A stretch of 63,172 bases of DNA, filler included, from Collodictyon triciliatum (GCA_043381765.1; 6 parts of 5 records of this genome joined end to end with filler, not necessarily neighbours in it), one strand, 5' to 3'. Counted from the whole stretch's first letter, positions 46,001 to 60,538 are shown. Numbers and translations are program-made. The notes: generated by a model not told the origin, from the letters alone.

Positions 46001-49000
46001 CTTCGTGGTTCCTAATGTACGTATTATAATTGATATATGTATATTTGAAACCAAAACCTTAGTATTTGCGATGAAGAAGGTCTCTTGTATGCAAAAAGTG
46101 TACTTGAGCAAACACTTATAATTGGACGTGACTGTATTCTTCTAATTTATTACTTTGTCTTGATCGAGCAGATACTCCCGATACCTGAGTCTCAACCCAG
46201 TATGAATTATTTTTTTAAAAGAAAGGCTGAAATTAGCAAAGAAGCAAATAGTGTACCATTTCTGACGTGAGTCTCCTGTAGCGATTGAATACAAAAAGAT
46301 GGACGCTGTATTCGAATTGCTGAGTACATGTGTATGTTTTCATATGTAAATTATCATAATTCGGTATATGCACACAAACGCATGCATATCAATTTAATCT
46401 TCTGATATGAATGTATTAGGAGAATAAGGTTATTTTTAGTGTGTGGATTAAGGCCATCGAACATCTTTTCACTGAAATGAATGCTCTAACTGTATCCAAT
46501 GAAAATCAAAGTGATGTGCTCAGTATCATACTTTTGACTTTGCAGGTACTTTTATTCATATATATTATGCGAAGTATATAAATCCAAACATATTTACTTA
46601 TCTATTTATTTGAAAGAGAGGCACTTTGCAATATACTAAGCACATTATATCATATGACCTTCTAGAATCGCTTGCTTTCTGTGGATGATTCTATCCCCTC
46701 AATTTCAATCATTCAAAGAATCAGCTCCATTATCTCGAAATTACCTTCACGTATTTATGAACAGTACAAAAAGCATTTGGAAGAGTTAATATTTGATTAA
46801 GATTGACTAAAATTTTAAATAAAAGAACATATCGATATACATTTACCAAAATCAAAGTCTACCAGGATTCATATTATTTGCAATAGATTTTCAACAGAGC
46901 AATTCACCAGGCAGCTACAATCACTGCAGTGGTATATCACAAAGATACTGATATCCACAACTCAGCTTCCTTTTGATAATTCCTTCGGCACTGCCTTTGC
47001 ACTTTGTCGAGATATGTGTAAGATTTTTTTCTCTCTTCTCTGTACTAAGTGACACCAAGAAAAAATTTTCTTTTCATCACTAACATCGACACCACAGTCT
47101 ATGAAACTACAAAGTCGAAAATAATTAATTTTTTTTAAAAGAAAAGTGATAATTAAATATCATCATCACCATCAATACTTAGATGAAATAAACCAAAAAA
47201 AATCCCTGGTGGCGCCAAATATTTTTGGTGTTCATGAGATAACCAAATTTTTTTCAAAGTACCCCCAGATAATACCCGAAGATATTACCATATGGAAAAC
47301 AAAGTATTTAGCTGATTCATGTTTTCTTTTCTTTATTTGATTGAAACATAGGCCAGCCTAAATCTAAAAAGATTTGGCTACATGTCAATATTTGAAGACT
47401 TACTGTAACAACATACTCTTGAGAGAACCAAATCTGCTCTGTACTAACACAAACTACATTTATGAAAGCCCCAACAGATTTAGTTTCTCTCGATACCACT
47501 TTATGATGGAAACATCGCTGAAATCCGATATATTGCATGTATATTATGTTATGATTTGAATCGAATAAAGGGAAAAATGATTCTCAATCTCTGTGCAGTA
47601 TCTAAATCTAGACTAATATGCTCATTTCCATTCAATACAAAATTCTTTTACAATCGCATATGTTCTGAGAAAATACATTATTCAGATCGAAGCCAAAATG
47701 AGAATGGAAAAAGAAATGAAGGTGAGTCTAATACAGCGGTTGTCACATCCTTTCAGAACTGAAAAAGAAATGCAGAGTATTTTAGTATTCCGGTATATCC
47801 TAACCCACACCTTGGTCCAATAACTCCTTTATAGGACTCCTATATACTCTCGCTCTTCCAAGGTCGGCCAATTCCTATATTCCTACTGCTTGAAGTATCT
47901 CGTGATAGGATTGTCCATGATACTCTATCACAGGTAACAAGAAAATAAGACGCCCCATTTCGCATATTCACAGCAATATCCAAATCACAATGTTTGAAAA
48001 AAAAACAATAACAACAACAAAAAAAAAGTCTGAAAAGTTGACATCCATCTATAGCTTATGCAGGTACACCCGTCTGAACTACGAAAGCAGCTGAAGGTCA
48101 AGTTTAGAGACGAAGAAGGGTACTCATAATCATTTGGTATCGAAAAGAAAAAAGAAACATAATAATCCTATCTGATTATTATAGCAACATATCACTAAAA
48201 AATAAGAGTCGGAATTATTCATTAGAATTGATGAAGGAGGTGTAAAGCGCGAGTTTTTTCAGCTCCTTGTTCGGGATCTGTTCAATCCGAAATATGGTAT
48301 ACAACACAAAATATGCCAATAAAGCATCGTCCTATGTTTTTTAAGTCAAAATATTCAACATGCCTTGAAACAAAACGCAATAAGAGGTATTCAAAAGACA
48401 TATTACACAGGGATGTTCACTTACTATGAAGAGACCCGAATGAATTGGTTTAGTTCATATTCCTTCGAGACAGAGGAGTTTAGGCTTGTTGGGCTGGTAC
48501 TACATTTTCTTTTTAATTTTTTTTTTNNNNNNNNNNNNNNNNNNNNNNNNNNNNNNNNNNNNNNNNNNNNNNNNNNNNNNNNNNNNNNNNNNNNNNNNNN
48601 NNNNNNNNNNNNNNNNNNNNNNNNNNNNNNNNNNNNNNNNNNNNNNNNNNNNNNNNNNNNNNNNNNNNNNNNNNNNNNNNNNNNNNNNNNNNNNNNNNNN
48701 NNNNNNNNNNNNNNNNNNNNNNNNNNNNNNNNNNNNNNNNNNNNNNNNNNNNNNNNNNNNNNNNNNNNNNNNNNNNNNNNNNNNNNNNNNNNNNNNNNNN
48801 NNNNNNNNNNNNNNNNNNNNNNNNNNNNNNNNNNNNNNNNNNNNNNNNNNNNNNNNNNNNNNNNNNNNNNNNNNNNNNNNNNNNNNNNNNNNNNNNNNNN
48901 NNNNNNNNNNNNNNNNNNNNNNNNNNNNNNNNNNNNNNNNNNNNNNNNNNNNNNNNNNNNNNNNNNNNNNNNNNNNNNNNNNNNNNNNNNNNNNNNNNNN

Positions 49001-50897
49001 NNNNNNNNNNNNNNNNNNNNNNNNNNNNNNNNNNNNNNNNNNNNNNNNNNNNNNNNNNNNNNNNNNNNNNNNNNNNNNNNNNNNNNNNNNNNNNNNNNNN
49101 NNNNNNNNNNNNNNNNNNNNNNNNNNNNNNNNNNNNNNNNNNNNNNNNNNNNNNNNNNNNNNNNNNNNNNNNNNNNNNNNNNNNNNNNNNNNNNNNNNNN
49201 NNNNNNNNNNNNNNNNNNNNNNNNNNNNNNNNNNNNNNNNNNNNNNNNNNNNNNNNNNNNNNNNNNNNNNNNNNNNNATATATATATCGAATGATCTGCT
49301 ACCATACTTATTTTCATTTTGATTTTCCTTTTGAAATAGAGTACGTTGATTTGTATATCAAGCATTTTTTGGAAACATCGATTGAAGCACAGGTTTTTTT
49401 TTTTTTTTTTAGGGAAGCCTAATTTAAGCAAACATGTATTAATTTCATTATTATGAAGCGATCGTTTTTCGAAGTGTCATACTTTTCTCTTCACAGTTTA
49501 ATCCTTTTGCGCAAGGATTCAGAATGATTTGTGATGGAATCGCCTTGGAGGTTCGAAGAATTAATTATTTTTTCCCCCTTTCCATTCTGACATACCCAGG
49601 CTCATTTAGCCTAATATATCATACTACTGTTATAATTTTTTAACTTGCATTCGATACTTCAAAAGTAGAAAAATATTGAAATCTGTGCATTACCCTTTCA
49701 AATTCATTTTCCTTGAGGTTTTATTCAGAAAAAAAAACTTTATCTATTTACAGTTGTTCCGAGTTGACGAACTAGAGCTTTTGATATGCGGAGAGTCAGA
49801 ATTGAATACGAAGGAGATGGAAACTGTAAGATGCATACTACGTCCACAAATCATACGTACCGATTAAAGCTTTCATTCAATCAAACATGCCCTATTCTCA
49901 TCATTTTTTATTTTCATTTCTCATGCGATTAACTAACTGGTCATCTCACCGATTGTGTTTCTTAAGGTCACCCAGTACGAAGGTGGTTATCATCCTGGAC
50001 ATCCTACAATTCGTCAGTTCTGGAATATCGTCCATAACGAATTATCTCAGAAGCAGAAGAAACGACTACTCTTTTTTATCACTGGAAGGTTTGGGGTCAC
50101 TCCATTACTAATAATCAAAATGTGTAGATTAAATAAAATATCGTTTCACCGTAATCATACTCTGTATTATTATTTAACCATGTAAATATCACAGCGACAG
50201 AATTGATGTCGGCGGTTTCAGCAAAATGCGATTCATAATCCAAAGAAGTGGGCCCGATACTGATAGGTTTCTTTTCCTCATATAATCCTGTTCTTTAAAA
50301 CAATTATTTGTTTGGTTTTATTACATAAAAAAGAAATACTTTACTTCAAAAAAAGAATGATTGAGAATAAATTGGTGTAATATATAAGGCAAATGAGAAA
50401 GTACTTATGAACCTCACCTGCACCTTGTCTTAGACTCCCTACATCTCACACGTGCTTCAACTACCTGCTTCTTCCAGGTATTTTACTCATAATTCCGTTA
50501 ATCCCGAATTCCCCTTTCTTTTTCTCTCTTTTTCTCTCTCTTTTTCTCTCTCTTTTTCTCTCTCTTTTTCTCTCTCTTTTNNNNNNNNNNNNNNNNNNNN
50601 NNNNNNNNNNNNNNNNNNNNNNNNNNNNNNNNNNNNNNNNNNNNNNNNNNNNNNNNNNNNNNNNNNNNNNNNNNNNNNNNNNNNNNNNNNNNNNNNNNNN
50701 NNNNNNNNNNNNNNNNNNNNNNNNNNNNNNNNNNNNNNNNNNNNNNNNNNNNNNNNNNNNNNNNNNNNNNNNNNNNNNNNNNNNNNNNNNNNNNNNNNNN
50801 NNNNNNNNNNNNNNNNNNNNNNNNNNNNNNNNNNNNNNNNNNNNNNNNNNNNNNNNNNNNNGCAATTGAGAACGCAGAGGGATTCGGCCTTAAATAG
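43065..50897 (+). CDS. Small HERC-type E3 ubiquitin ligase (RCC1 repeats + HECT), many exons, two internal gaps
   Basis: RCC1 repeats (VYTWGQGTYGQIG, IAVGDAHTLAL, VYTFGCGQNGQLG). HECT: LRKQLKVKF..EEG-IDEGGVKREFFQL, ELELLICG, LLFFITG, LPTSHTCFNYLLLP (catalytic Cys 50453-55), AIENAEGFGLK*. Confidence 0.92.
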
Positions 50898-51436
50898 CTT
50901 TGACCGCACTGTCAAGAAATGAAAGGCACCATCTTTTTGTTTCTATACTTTCTTTTCTATTCTTTTTCTTTTTCTTTTTTAACCATCTCAAGTCCTTTAT
51001 CAAAACAAATCGAAAAAAAAAAAGTCACCCATCTCTTCTTTTCTTTTTCACTCTTCCGAGTATATCTATGTATTTTCGCTTTCTTTTGCTCTTTCCAAGT
51101 GTGCTGGTCTGATTTCTCCGAGAGCTCAAACCCGTATCAAATCATTTGGCACGACATGGGAATTGTGATTCATTTATTCTCATTGTGCAGACAGCCTGAA
51201 TACAACACGACAGAACTTAAAAACATATCCGTGCTGAAACACTGAAATACTGATTTTGTCTCTCCTCCGATTTTATCAGGACCTCAGCATTTTGTTTGTC
51301 CTGCTCATCTCGCGCCTTTCTATCCCTTCTTTTCTTCTTCATTCTTGTTCATTGATACATTTTTTCCCCATGAAGTTGGACGTAAACCGGTCACTGCAGA
51401 AGATTATGGACGGGTTCCGTGGTGTGGTTGCAAAGA

Positions 51437-51532
<96 letters not shown>
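51437..51532. repeat. (AAT)n microsatellite
   Basis: Direct inspection. Confidence 0.95.
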
Positions 51533-51534
<2 letters not shown>

Positions 51535-51992
51535 ATGGGGCATCCTCTTGTCTATCTCTTTTCGTGGCCTTTGCTTGGGTAGGACATTACTTTTTTACTA
51601 GACTATGAGATAAATGGGTAAATAAGAGGAGAAAGTAAGAGAAAAGGAAGACTTGCACCCGACCTTCTGTTCAACTCTAATAATGCGGACTTTGCCACCA
51701 GACGAATCAAACACCCTTGAGCCCCTTGCTCCGTTTAGTTTGAGAGCATCGCGCGTATGCCACACCGAAAGGAATGACCATATGTTATGGATATAAATGT
51801 GCTTCTAGGAGCTGTGGGGAATCAAATATGTTTATTTTCAATTGCTAGTTGATTTATCATTCTACCCCGACGGACAACATCATGAAACCACCCGCAACAT
51901 GGACACATTAGCATCCTCATTTGCTTTCATTGGGAAAAAAAAGAAAAGTGAAGGCTAACTTCGGCTTTGAGTGAGAGTGAGCGATTCTTTAT

Positions 51993-54984
51993 TTAGGAAA
52001 TTGGAGTCGGGCAGTCACTTGGGTTGGCCATCTCTTTAAGATTTTTTAAATCTTCCCACTTCTTGTATGCGAATAATATAATCGCTGAGTTTGTCATGGT
52101 GTCATATGCTGACTGCACAAATGCGACAATTTTTTCAAAGAATGAAGCAATAACTGATGGTCCGGCTTTGATTATGGAAGCACAGGCTATCACAGCATTA
52201 AACACAACAACCAAGATTGTGAGTATGACTTCAGTGGTGTTTGACAGTTGCACATATCGAAACAGCAAACTGGTCATTAATGTGAAGTAGAGGGCTGATA
52301 TGGACCAAAGTTGGGATTTCTTCAGGACATCCGACATGAAAGGCTCGAAATATGTTGAAGATATTCCACTCAATATTAAAACCCATAATCCAAAGTAGAT
52401 TTGGAGAGCAGGAGACAAAGATGCGCCAATTATAACAACAAGTAGCTTTTGCATCATAGTCACAATCTCCCAATAATAACATTTCTCGGTGTAGCCATCT
52501 ACTAAGAACCTGAGCAAGTTATAGGTCTTGGATGTTGTATTTGTTATGGATGAGCTTTTGTAAAACATATACGCAGCAAGGAAGAGGGGAGCCCCGAAAC
52601 AATACAACACAACATAAGACAGAGAAGCGCTTCTCCATGAAATGTAAGTCGGATCATTGCACAACACAGACATATCGGCCCTTAAGTAGCTTTCGTCCCC
52701 CAACTCCTCACACCCGAAAATTTTTGCTATCGACGATGTGATGGATGGATGGACAAAAAAAAGCATGACTAGCAACGAAGTTAGGAATTCATGCTTCAAC
52801 TTTTGTGAAACAATATCACTCCTTTTTATAATAATCGATTTTAACTTCCATGCCGTTTTTAGAAAAACTATAACAGCAATAACAACAACCAAAGCAAAGG
52901 GAGTAATCATAGAATACAAAACTTTGTCGTAAATAGGCATATCAAATTGGCATTCAATCGTGTAACTGTCTATTGATAATGTAAACGAAAAAAGGGCTGG
53001 AATTTTCATAATTGAAATGATTGTGGAGCTCCAGTCCACATCAAAGTTTGCCAGATACGACAGAATCTGAAAATGGGTGGACAAAGTCTTAAGTATTTGA
53101 ATACTCTCTGATTTAGGTTGCTTCGACTGTTCTATCATGTAAAAAACAAATGCCAACGGAAGCAAAATACTTAGAATAACCAGAAAGCCATTTACACCTT
53201 TTGGCGAGCATTCAGTGCAAATATTTCCACCGGTTTTGGCGTAACCTTTATGACAAACCCCGCATAAAACTCCAGTGTATCCTTCAGCACAAGTGTTATT
53301 TCCTCCTGTGCAAGCATCTTCATTGAGGCACTTATATGCTATGTACTTATCATTAGAGCTTGGGGCTCTCCAATAACCTGGCTGGACTTCTAGATGGCTA
53401 CTTCCGTCACACACAAATCCATATGGACAATCTTTGCATTGCCTAGACCTAAGCTCCAAATAAGTCGAGCGTAGACACAGACATTCATTTATTGATTTTG
53501 AGCCCGTCCTGTCTCCGTTATATCCGCTTCCGCATGCGATACATTCTGTTTGACCAACTTCTGGGTTATATGTTCCAGATGAGCACAAAGTGCAATTGGT
53601 GCCCAGTCCATGGACTTGGTTATATGTTCCTACTGGGCACGGAAGACAAGACTCTTCTCTATATGACCCGGTTGATGGATTAAATGTTCCGGGCGCGCAT
53701 AGTAAACATGATTCTGCACTAGTTGAACCTTTGGAAGGATTATACGTTCCAAATCCACAAGGTAGGCAAGAATCAGGGGTTATGGCTCCTGTGTATGAAC
53801 CATACGTCCCAGCAGGGCATAGGGTGCACTCCATATCCCCCCCGGGACTGTAACTTCCAGGAGGGCAAATAGTGCATGATTTTGATAAAGAATCATAAAA
53901 TTCTCCAGCAGGGCACGATAAAGCCCATACATTAACTGCACCATCTTGGCTTCCAGATATAATTTTCAAGCTATCAGGGGTAACTACAACACCCAACACT
54001 TCTCCATTATTACCACTCAATGTACGAACCAATACTCCGTCAGAAAAATCCCAAAGTTTAACAGTGGCGTCCGAACTTCCAGATACAATTTGCGTGCCAT
54101 CAGGGGTACAGGAAACACTGATAACAGCTCCCTCATGACCAGCTATGGTGCGAAGCAAAGACCCGTCATCAATATCAAATACCTTAATTGTTTTATCTTC
54201 ATTACCAGAGACAATTTTTGAGCTATCAGGAGTTATACAAACGCTGTAAAAATTTCCCCATCCACTTCTAGATAGCGTGCGAATCAAAGTTCCATCTAAT
54301 AAGTTCCAAATTTTGATTGTGTTGTCATAACTTCCGGAAACAATTTTTGACCCGTCTGGAGTGACAGCAACACCACCTATCCAGTAAGCGTGATCAGTTA
54401 ATGTTTGTATCAAAGTTCCATCGAAAAGATTCCAAATCTTGATTTTGTGGTCGTTGCTTCCAGAAACAATTTTTGACCCATCTGGAGTAACAACAGCAGA
54501 GTAAACTTCCCAAGCATGACCAGACAATATGTGGACTAGAGATCCATCATAAAAATTCCATATTCTGACTGAAGCATCGCCACTAGCGGAAACCACTTTC
54601 GAACCATCCGGAGTAGTGCATACACTTGTAATGCCGCCATTGTGGCCAACTAAAGACCGCACCCAAGTTCCGTCAGAAAGATTCCAAATTTTAGCGATAC
54701 TGTCCCCACCAGAGATAATGTTGGTGCCATCTGGGGTGACAGCAACTCCCCTTACTCCATTCGTATGACCAACAAACGTGCGAATCAAGTAATCTTGTCC
54801 TTCGGCATGGAAAAACTGAGCATATATTATCAAGGCTAATTCAAAAGGAAAATTTTAATGAATGTTGAATAAAATGAAGTATCTTAATTTTTTTTTTTTA
54901 AAAAAAATCAAGTTATTTCAAATATGCTGCTTACTTACCCGACAGTATGATAGCTGCTGCAGGTGTTTTTTGAGTATACTTCAT
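51993..54984 (-). CDS. Multi-pass membrane receptor-like protein: signal peptide, 7 WD40 repeats, GCC2/GCC3 (ephrin-receptor-like) Cys repeats, multi-TM domain; exons 54984-54939, 54835-51993
   Basis: WD40 units VAVTPDGSKIVSGS.D.TIKIWNL.DG.LIRTL.GH; CPAGTY/CAPGTF repeats; PGYWR..C...ACTGG..CAEGYTGVLCGVC; roughly 9 hydrophobic helices. Confidence 0.85.
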
Positions 54985-55549
54985 TCTATTATTAATACTC
55001 CTTAGTTTTGGAACATAAATTCAAAAATGTAATTTATTTATCTCTTGGCAGTTGATTTTTAGACATCATAAATTTTGATATAATATTGTCCATAAAATAT
55101 CCTCATTTAAGAGTGAAAAAATGTGCTTTAAATCGAATAAAGGGAAAAAAGAGTGAAAAATTTGAATCTGATATTGATATTATACTACAGAATTCATTAT
55201 TTACACTCAATCATTGCAATTTATAAATACTGTAATTTTTTTTTAAAAAAAAGCAATTATGGTTAAATTTTTTTCTCGGTATCTATAAGCTATGTATTGT
55301 ATTCAGAGAATTTTGGTTGCTAATTTCATCTCAGATGTGTAGGTGTTGGTAGCGTATCGATATCATTTTTATCTGAAAAGTAATGCCACAACAACTGTGT
55401 ATTTCCACATGAAAATATCCAGCAAAAAAATTAACAAAATAAATAAAATAAAATTAACAAAATAAACAAAATAAACAAATAAATGAAATAAAATAAATAA
55501 ATGAAATGAAATAAAATAAATGAAATAAAATAAATGAAATAAAATTAAA

Positions 55550-55650
55550 GAAACCGAAACCGAAACCGAAACCGAAACCGAAACCGAAACCGAAACCGAA
55601 ACCGAAACCGAAACCGAAACCGAAACCGAAACCGAAACCGAAACCGAAAC
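55550..55650. repeat. (GAAACC)n microsatellite
   Basis: Direct inspection. Confidence 0.95.
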
Positions 55651-56778
55651 AGAACCAGAATGTAAGAATACAATATACAGCATCTGCAACTTTCCGTATC
55701 CTAAAATTATATGTTTATATTCAAGATTGTATCCATTTTATTATTTTTCAGGTTTTCTATGAAAAAAAGAGGAGAGCTTATTTTAACTTCAAAGTATGTG
55801 CATATTATACTTTTTTTCTGCCAAGTTTTGGGCCAAATTAGCTACTGCCGATGTACAAAAGAATTAATTGACATTCCTGCATCAAATATTTTCATAGGCC
55901 GGTGTAACAAACGCCCTTTTTACAAGGATTCTTGAAACTTTTACATTCTAGGTATATATCATATAAAAGTATCAATTCTGTAAATTACATCTACATTCTA
56001 GAAGCTCTGGAAAAATCCAGGAACAAAGGGAATATTTCTAAATGAAATAGCACCTAGGGAACCCTCTAGAAGGGTCCACCTATCAAATACTGAAGGACCA
56101 TCCTACGTCTTGCTGTATCTACCTTTTTCCTTTCTCCAAGAGAAAATAAAAACTATCTTAATACTTGAGTCACACAAATATCCTTTCCTTATAACTGGAT
56201 AATTTTTTTAAGAGAATAGACAACTGCAAATGAATTTACCAGAAATACTGGACTGCAATATATTTTTGCCTGTGTTATGGATGTAGATAAAATCCCATAC
56301 TTGCCTGTAAATCAAAACAACATAAAAAACCAGGGTTTTTTATCCCATTAGCACCTGAATTCCTAGTATGACGAGAACAATTAAAATTTAGAAATAATTT
56401 AAATGGTTGAGTTGTAAATTTTCTAAAATTTTGGCTTATACTCTTCTTTTTACGTAGAAGTATCCAAAATCAAAATGTTTGTTGGCGTATCATAATTATG
56501 GGTATATATTACTATCATCGTCTATTTTAGGAAACTGTTTACATGAAGACAATACCTGTAATATATAATTTCTTAAATTACCTCCAAAATCCTAAATAGT
56601 CTCCAATCATGACTGCATGTCAACGAGCTTTTGTTGAAATATTTTGGGATATTCTCCTTAATGACTTTTCTTGTCTTTCGTCCAATCCAGGTATGCCCTT
56701 TTCATATGCTTATTGATGGAATTGAAAATCATCTAGCCTCAAAATCTGCGGTGTCCTTTGGTTCAAAGGATTAAATCA

Positions 56779-56878
56779 NNNNNNNNNNNNNNNNNNNNNN
56801 NNNNNNNNNNNNNNNNNNNNNNTTAATTAATTAANNNNNNNNNNNNNNNNNNNNNNNNNNNNNNNNNNNNNNNNNNNN
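56779..56878. other. Artificial scaffold spacer
   Basis: N44-TTAATTAATTAA-N44. Confidence 0.95.
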
Positions 56879-57044
56879 GAAAAGAGAAAAGAAAAAAAGA
56901 GAAAAAAGAAAAAAAAAGAGAAAAGAGAAAAAGAAAAAAAAAAGAGAAAAGAGAAAAGAGAAAAAGAGAAAAGAGAAAAAGAAAAAGAATAGGAGAAAAG
57001 AGAAAGAGGGCATAAAGAACAAACAATTTCAATTTTTATTAATA

Positions 57045-60000
57045 CCTGCTTCACCAATTACATCGTAAGCAAAGCGAAGTCTCCCTATATAAACCAAATG
57101 GGTTTAACGAAGTTATATTTAGGTTGGTTAACAAAGAAAAGAAGCGATATTGAGTTTCAATAATTACACACACATTATATTAAAAAAAAAAAAAAACAAT
57201 TAAAAAAAAAAAAAANNNNNNNNNNATATTAAAAAAAAAAAAAAACAATTAGATAATAGGAAAATAGGCTGTTTAATTAATACCGTATATCCCCCCGGTA
57301 ACAGGCCCACAACTAATCCCCATCTTGGACACCACTCGAACATCACTATGAGGAACAATGAATCGAGAGAATGCTTCGTGAATCTATACCAAAAATTTTT
57401 TCATTTTTTTGTAAGTAATATATTGATTCGGCATGTGATTTAGAAGTTCATGACTAGTTCAGTGCAATATTGACCTAAATCACGCGGTATTTACAAGGCA
57501 TATGTATGATAATCCGATTAAGCATATGAGTAATCGCTCATATTCTACCTGAAAGCAGTATTGGACAGCAGTATCCAGTTTGTCTTGTTTCTTTGAAAAC
57601 TTTTCTTTTGGAGTAACCTAATATAGATTTGTTCCATATATTTAATCATGAATGTTCGCTTTGCCATTAAATAACCAATAGATTAACCTTTACAAGACGA
57701 AATCAAATTTATTATTACTTTTCTTTTTCTCTTTTTTTGAAAATGACATAAATATGCAACTGAATGGTTATCTGACCATGACATTTGTTCCCATAGACTT
57801 GACGACCTCCATTCCGCTCTGGAATGCTATCTCCCCAATTATATTCAACAGTTCTGGGTTTGAAACAACGTTAAAAAGAAGTGAGAAGCGGTCTTTTTGC
57901 GTCAATTTGTATAATTCATGAATTACATCATTTTTTAGAAGGAAAGTTCCGAATCAATAGAGTTTAGTTTTTTAATCATACCGCATCAAATTATTGACTG
58001 CCTTCAACATACTTACCGTTTAAAACATCCATCCGGTTTGAAACACTTTGATTACGAACGCACTCACCAAAGTTACAAATTCGGATGCTCACAACTGGTG
58101 TCCACTCGTTATATTCATATTCGCTCGTCTGTCCTGATTTGATAGAACTGTATACTGACAAAGGCAAAATTGACAAAAGTAGTTCTTGAAGATAATCTCT
58201 TTCGTCTCTCAGTTGGATTGCTTCCTGTTTTTGTTTTTGTTTTTGTTTTTTTTAAAAAATAAATAAATATATATAATAAACAACACATCAGTACCGTGGA
58301 AAATCTTCCAGTCAGTTGGCATAGCAAGAAGGTTTATTTCCAAGAGGCTTAATATTTATAAGGTCATGATATTCAAGCCCATACCTTTTCTAGCTTTTTC
58401 TGCGCCTGAATCTCATCTACCCACGTTTTCTCTTTGAACCGACTCAAAAACCAGAAAGCTACTGCCATGACAACAGGATAGAAACCTATGAAAAACCATG
58501 GAAACCCTTCGGAGCTGTGTATTGAGTGGCGGTGAGTAACACGAAAATATACCAATTAATTATATCTTAGGAGCGTGGTAATATTGCAAACGTTCGCGAT
58601 TTAAAGGATTGAAATTATTACTTTGCTACATGAGGGAAGGCAGTGTACATGTATGACGCATACAAAACCCACATAAACACGACAATTCGAACAACACTGT
58701 GAGACGATAACGGAAATGTTGAAAATATACTAATCCAAACATATATATCATATGTTAAAAAGCGAAGTTCGGAATAATGGAAGGACAGACTATAATCACT
58801 TCTCAGAAATACTTCGTTTCGGATGATAAAGTGTAATCCATAGAAGCAGTATACAAGATTCGATACGAAGCGCAGCATCTTTTTCAATTTCATATTATTT
58901 CTTGTTCGATGAATATAAATTGTAAATGACACACTCGAAAGGAGTAGTAAAGGCCCAAAGAGGATGAATCTCAAAAAGGGAATCCATTTGATTGCATCCT
59001 TTTCAACTAGTCCGTAGTCCATAAGAAACGATATCTCAATCGCACCAGTTACGAAAAATATCAAGACGGAAATATACTGATGGTATTTTGCAAAATTCAG
59101 TGTCTTTTTTGACCCCCAGAATAACCATCGAATGTCCTGGATGTCCATCACTTTTTCAGAAGAAAGACTAATAACTTTTTGCTTTTCAAAGCCCATGGTA
59201 TGCTCATCGAAATCCGATTTCCGTGTATTCACTGACGTCGTCACTTTAGTCTACAAGTAGATTTGGGTGAAATTTGTTCGTAAATAAAGATAAAAAACCT
59301 TGATATTGTCAAAGTAGAATGATTATGTATGCTATTCTTATATTTTGGATTGATGTAACGTATTGCCTCTTGTTTTTTAGCGGTTATATTCTAGAAAATC
59401 CTTTACAAAACAACACTATATCACACCTTGGGGTCAGGAGGGTAAGTATCTCCGCTCAAATCTAGTAATTCTTTGATACTATCATGTTCGACTGCATTTT
59501 GATTCGCATGTATCATATTTTCTAAACCGTTTTCCCTTTCTAGTGACTTAATGGAATTTGTATCTATTGTGTAAATTATCTGCGTGTTTACCAGTCTCTC
59601 GTCTACATTGCAGATTTTCTATAATGTTTTACGATAGAGTTTATGGCGCGAAAACAATTAAGTTATTCTGTGTGAATTTAAAATGATATATAATTACATA
59701 AAATAAATGATACTGAATAGCTCATAAGGATCATTTGACGAGACTAACCCCAAAGATATTTGCAAGGGATTGACACACAATCGTGTCTATATTCAATGCA
59801 GCGGCCAAGTCTGCCATTCTATGTACATCATCCACACCTGACAGAGAATTCAAATCATTAAAAATATGTGCTCTAAGATGGCGATGCTCTATATTTTTTT
59901 TTTGTATCAAGATTCAAAATATGGCATTATTACAAGAAAAGAACCTGGGCCGAATACATCCAACGTCTTTGTGGAGCTAATAATAATACCCCCGTATACA

Positions 60001-60267
60001 GTGCCCATGCTCAGAGAAAATAAAGTATCCACCTTTTTTTTTAAAAAAAAAAATTAATTTTTAAGACATATATGGGCGCTAGAAATTAAAACTCGATCCA
60101 TATTAGTATTGTATTAAGAATATATCATTATAATTTACTTGTATATCTGATTTGGAGATCTTTTGTGATAATGTGGTTTGGATTTCTTTCACGCAGAATA
60201 TGGCTTCTTCTGGGGTAACTGTGAGTTCTCCAGGAAATAGACCGGTAGTAGCCTTTTGTTTCATAGA
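57045..60267 (-). CDS. Membrane class III nucleotidyl cyclase with C1-TM bundle-C2 layout (internal fragment)
   Basis: C1 end LSMGTVYGGIIISSTKTLDVFGP-GVDDVHRMA; TM exon 58620-59250; C2 LQELLLSILPLSV..VVSIRICNF, MEVVKSMGTNV, KMGISCGPVTGG, IGRLRFAYDVIGEA. Confidence 0.7.
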
Positions 60268-60367
60268 NNNNNNNNNNNNNNNNNNNNNNNNNNNNNNNNN
60301 NNNNNNNNNNNTTAATTAATTAANNNNNNNNNNNNNNNNNNNNNNNNNNNNNNNNNNNNNNNNNNNN
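60268..60367. other. Artificial scaffold spacer
   Basis: N44-TTAATTAATTAA-N44. Confidence 0.95.
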
Positions 60368-60538
60368 CATCATATACAGTAAATTGGACAGATAAGATAG
60401 ATTTCCTCAGAAAATGAATACGGCATACGTAAATATTATAGTATCAAAAGCCCTTTGCGCAGTTTAGTATCCTCGTATTTATATATACATATTACGAGAT
60501 CTGGATGTTTGGGGCAGCGTAGCATGGAAAAGTTTTAC

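Noticed and set aside
55760..56778. Possible continuation of the cyclase gene on the minus strand
   Set aside because: Lies across an artificial spacer and I could not build a consistent reading frame.
57176..57251. Repeated ATATTAAAA...CAATTA around an 11-N gap
   Set aside because: Typical overlap artefact at a scaffolding gap.
58010..58018. ATACTTACC resembling the U1 snRNA 5' end
   Set aside because: It is the reverse complement of a donor-like GGTAAGTAT on the minus strand; no U1 stem-loops follow.
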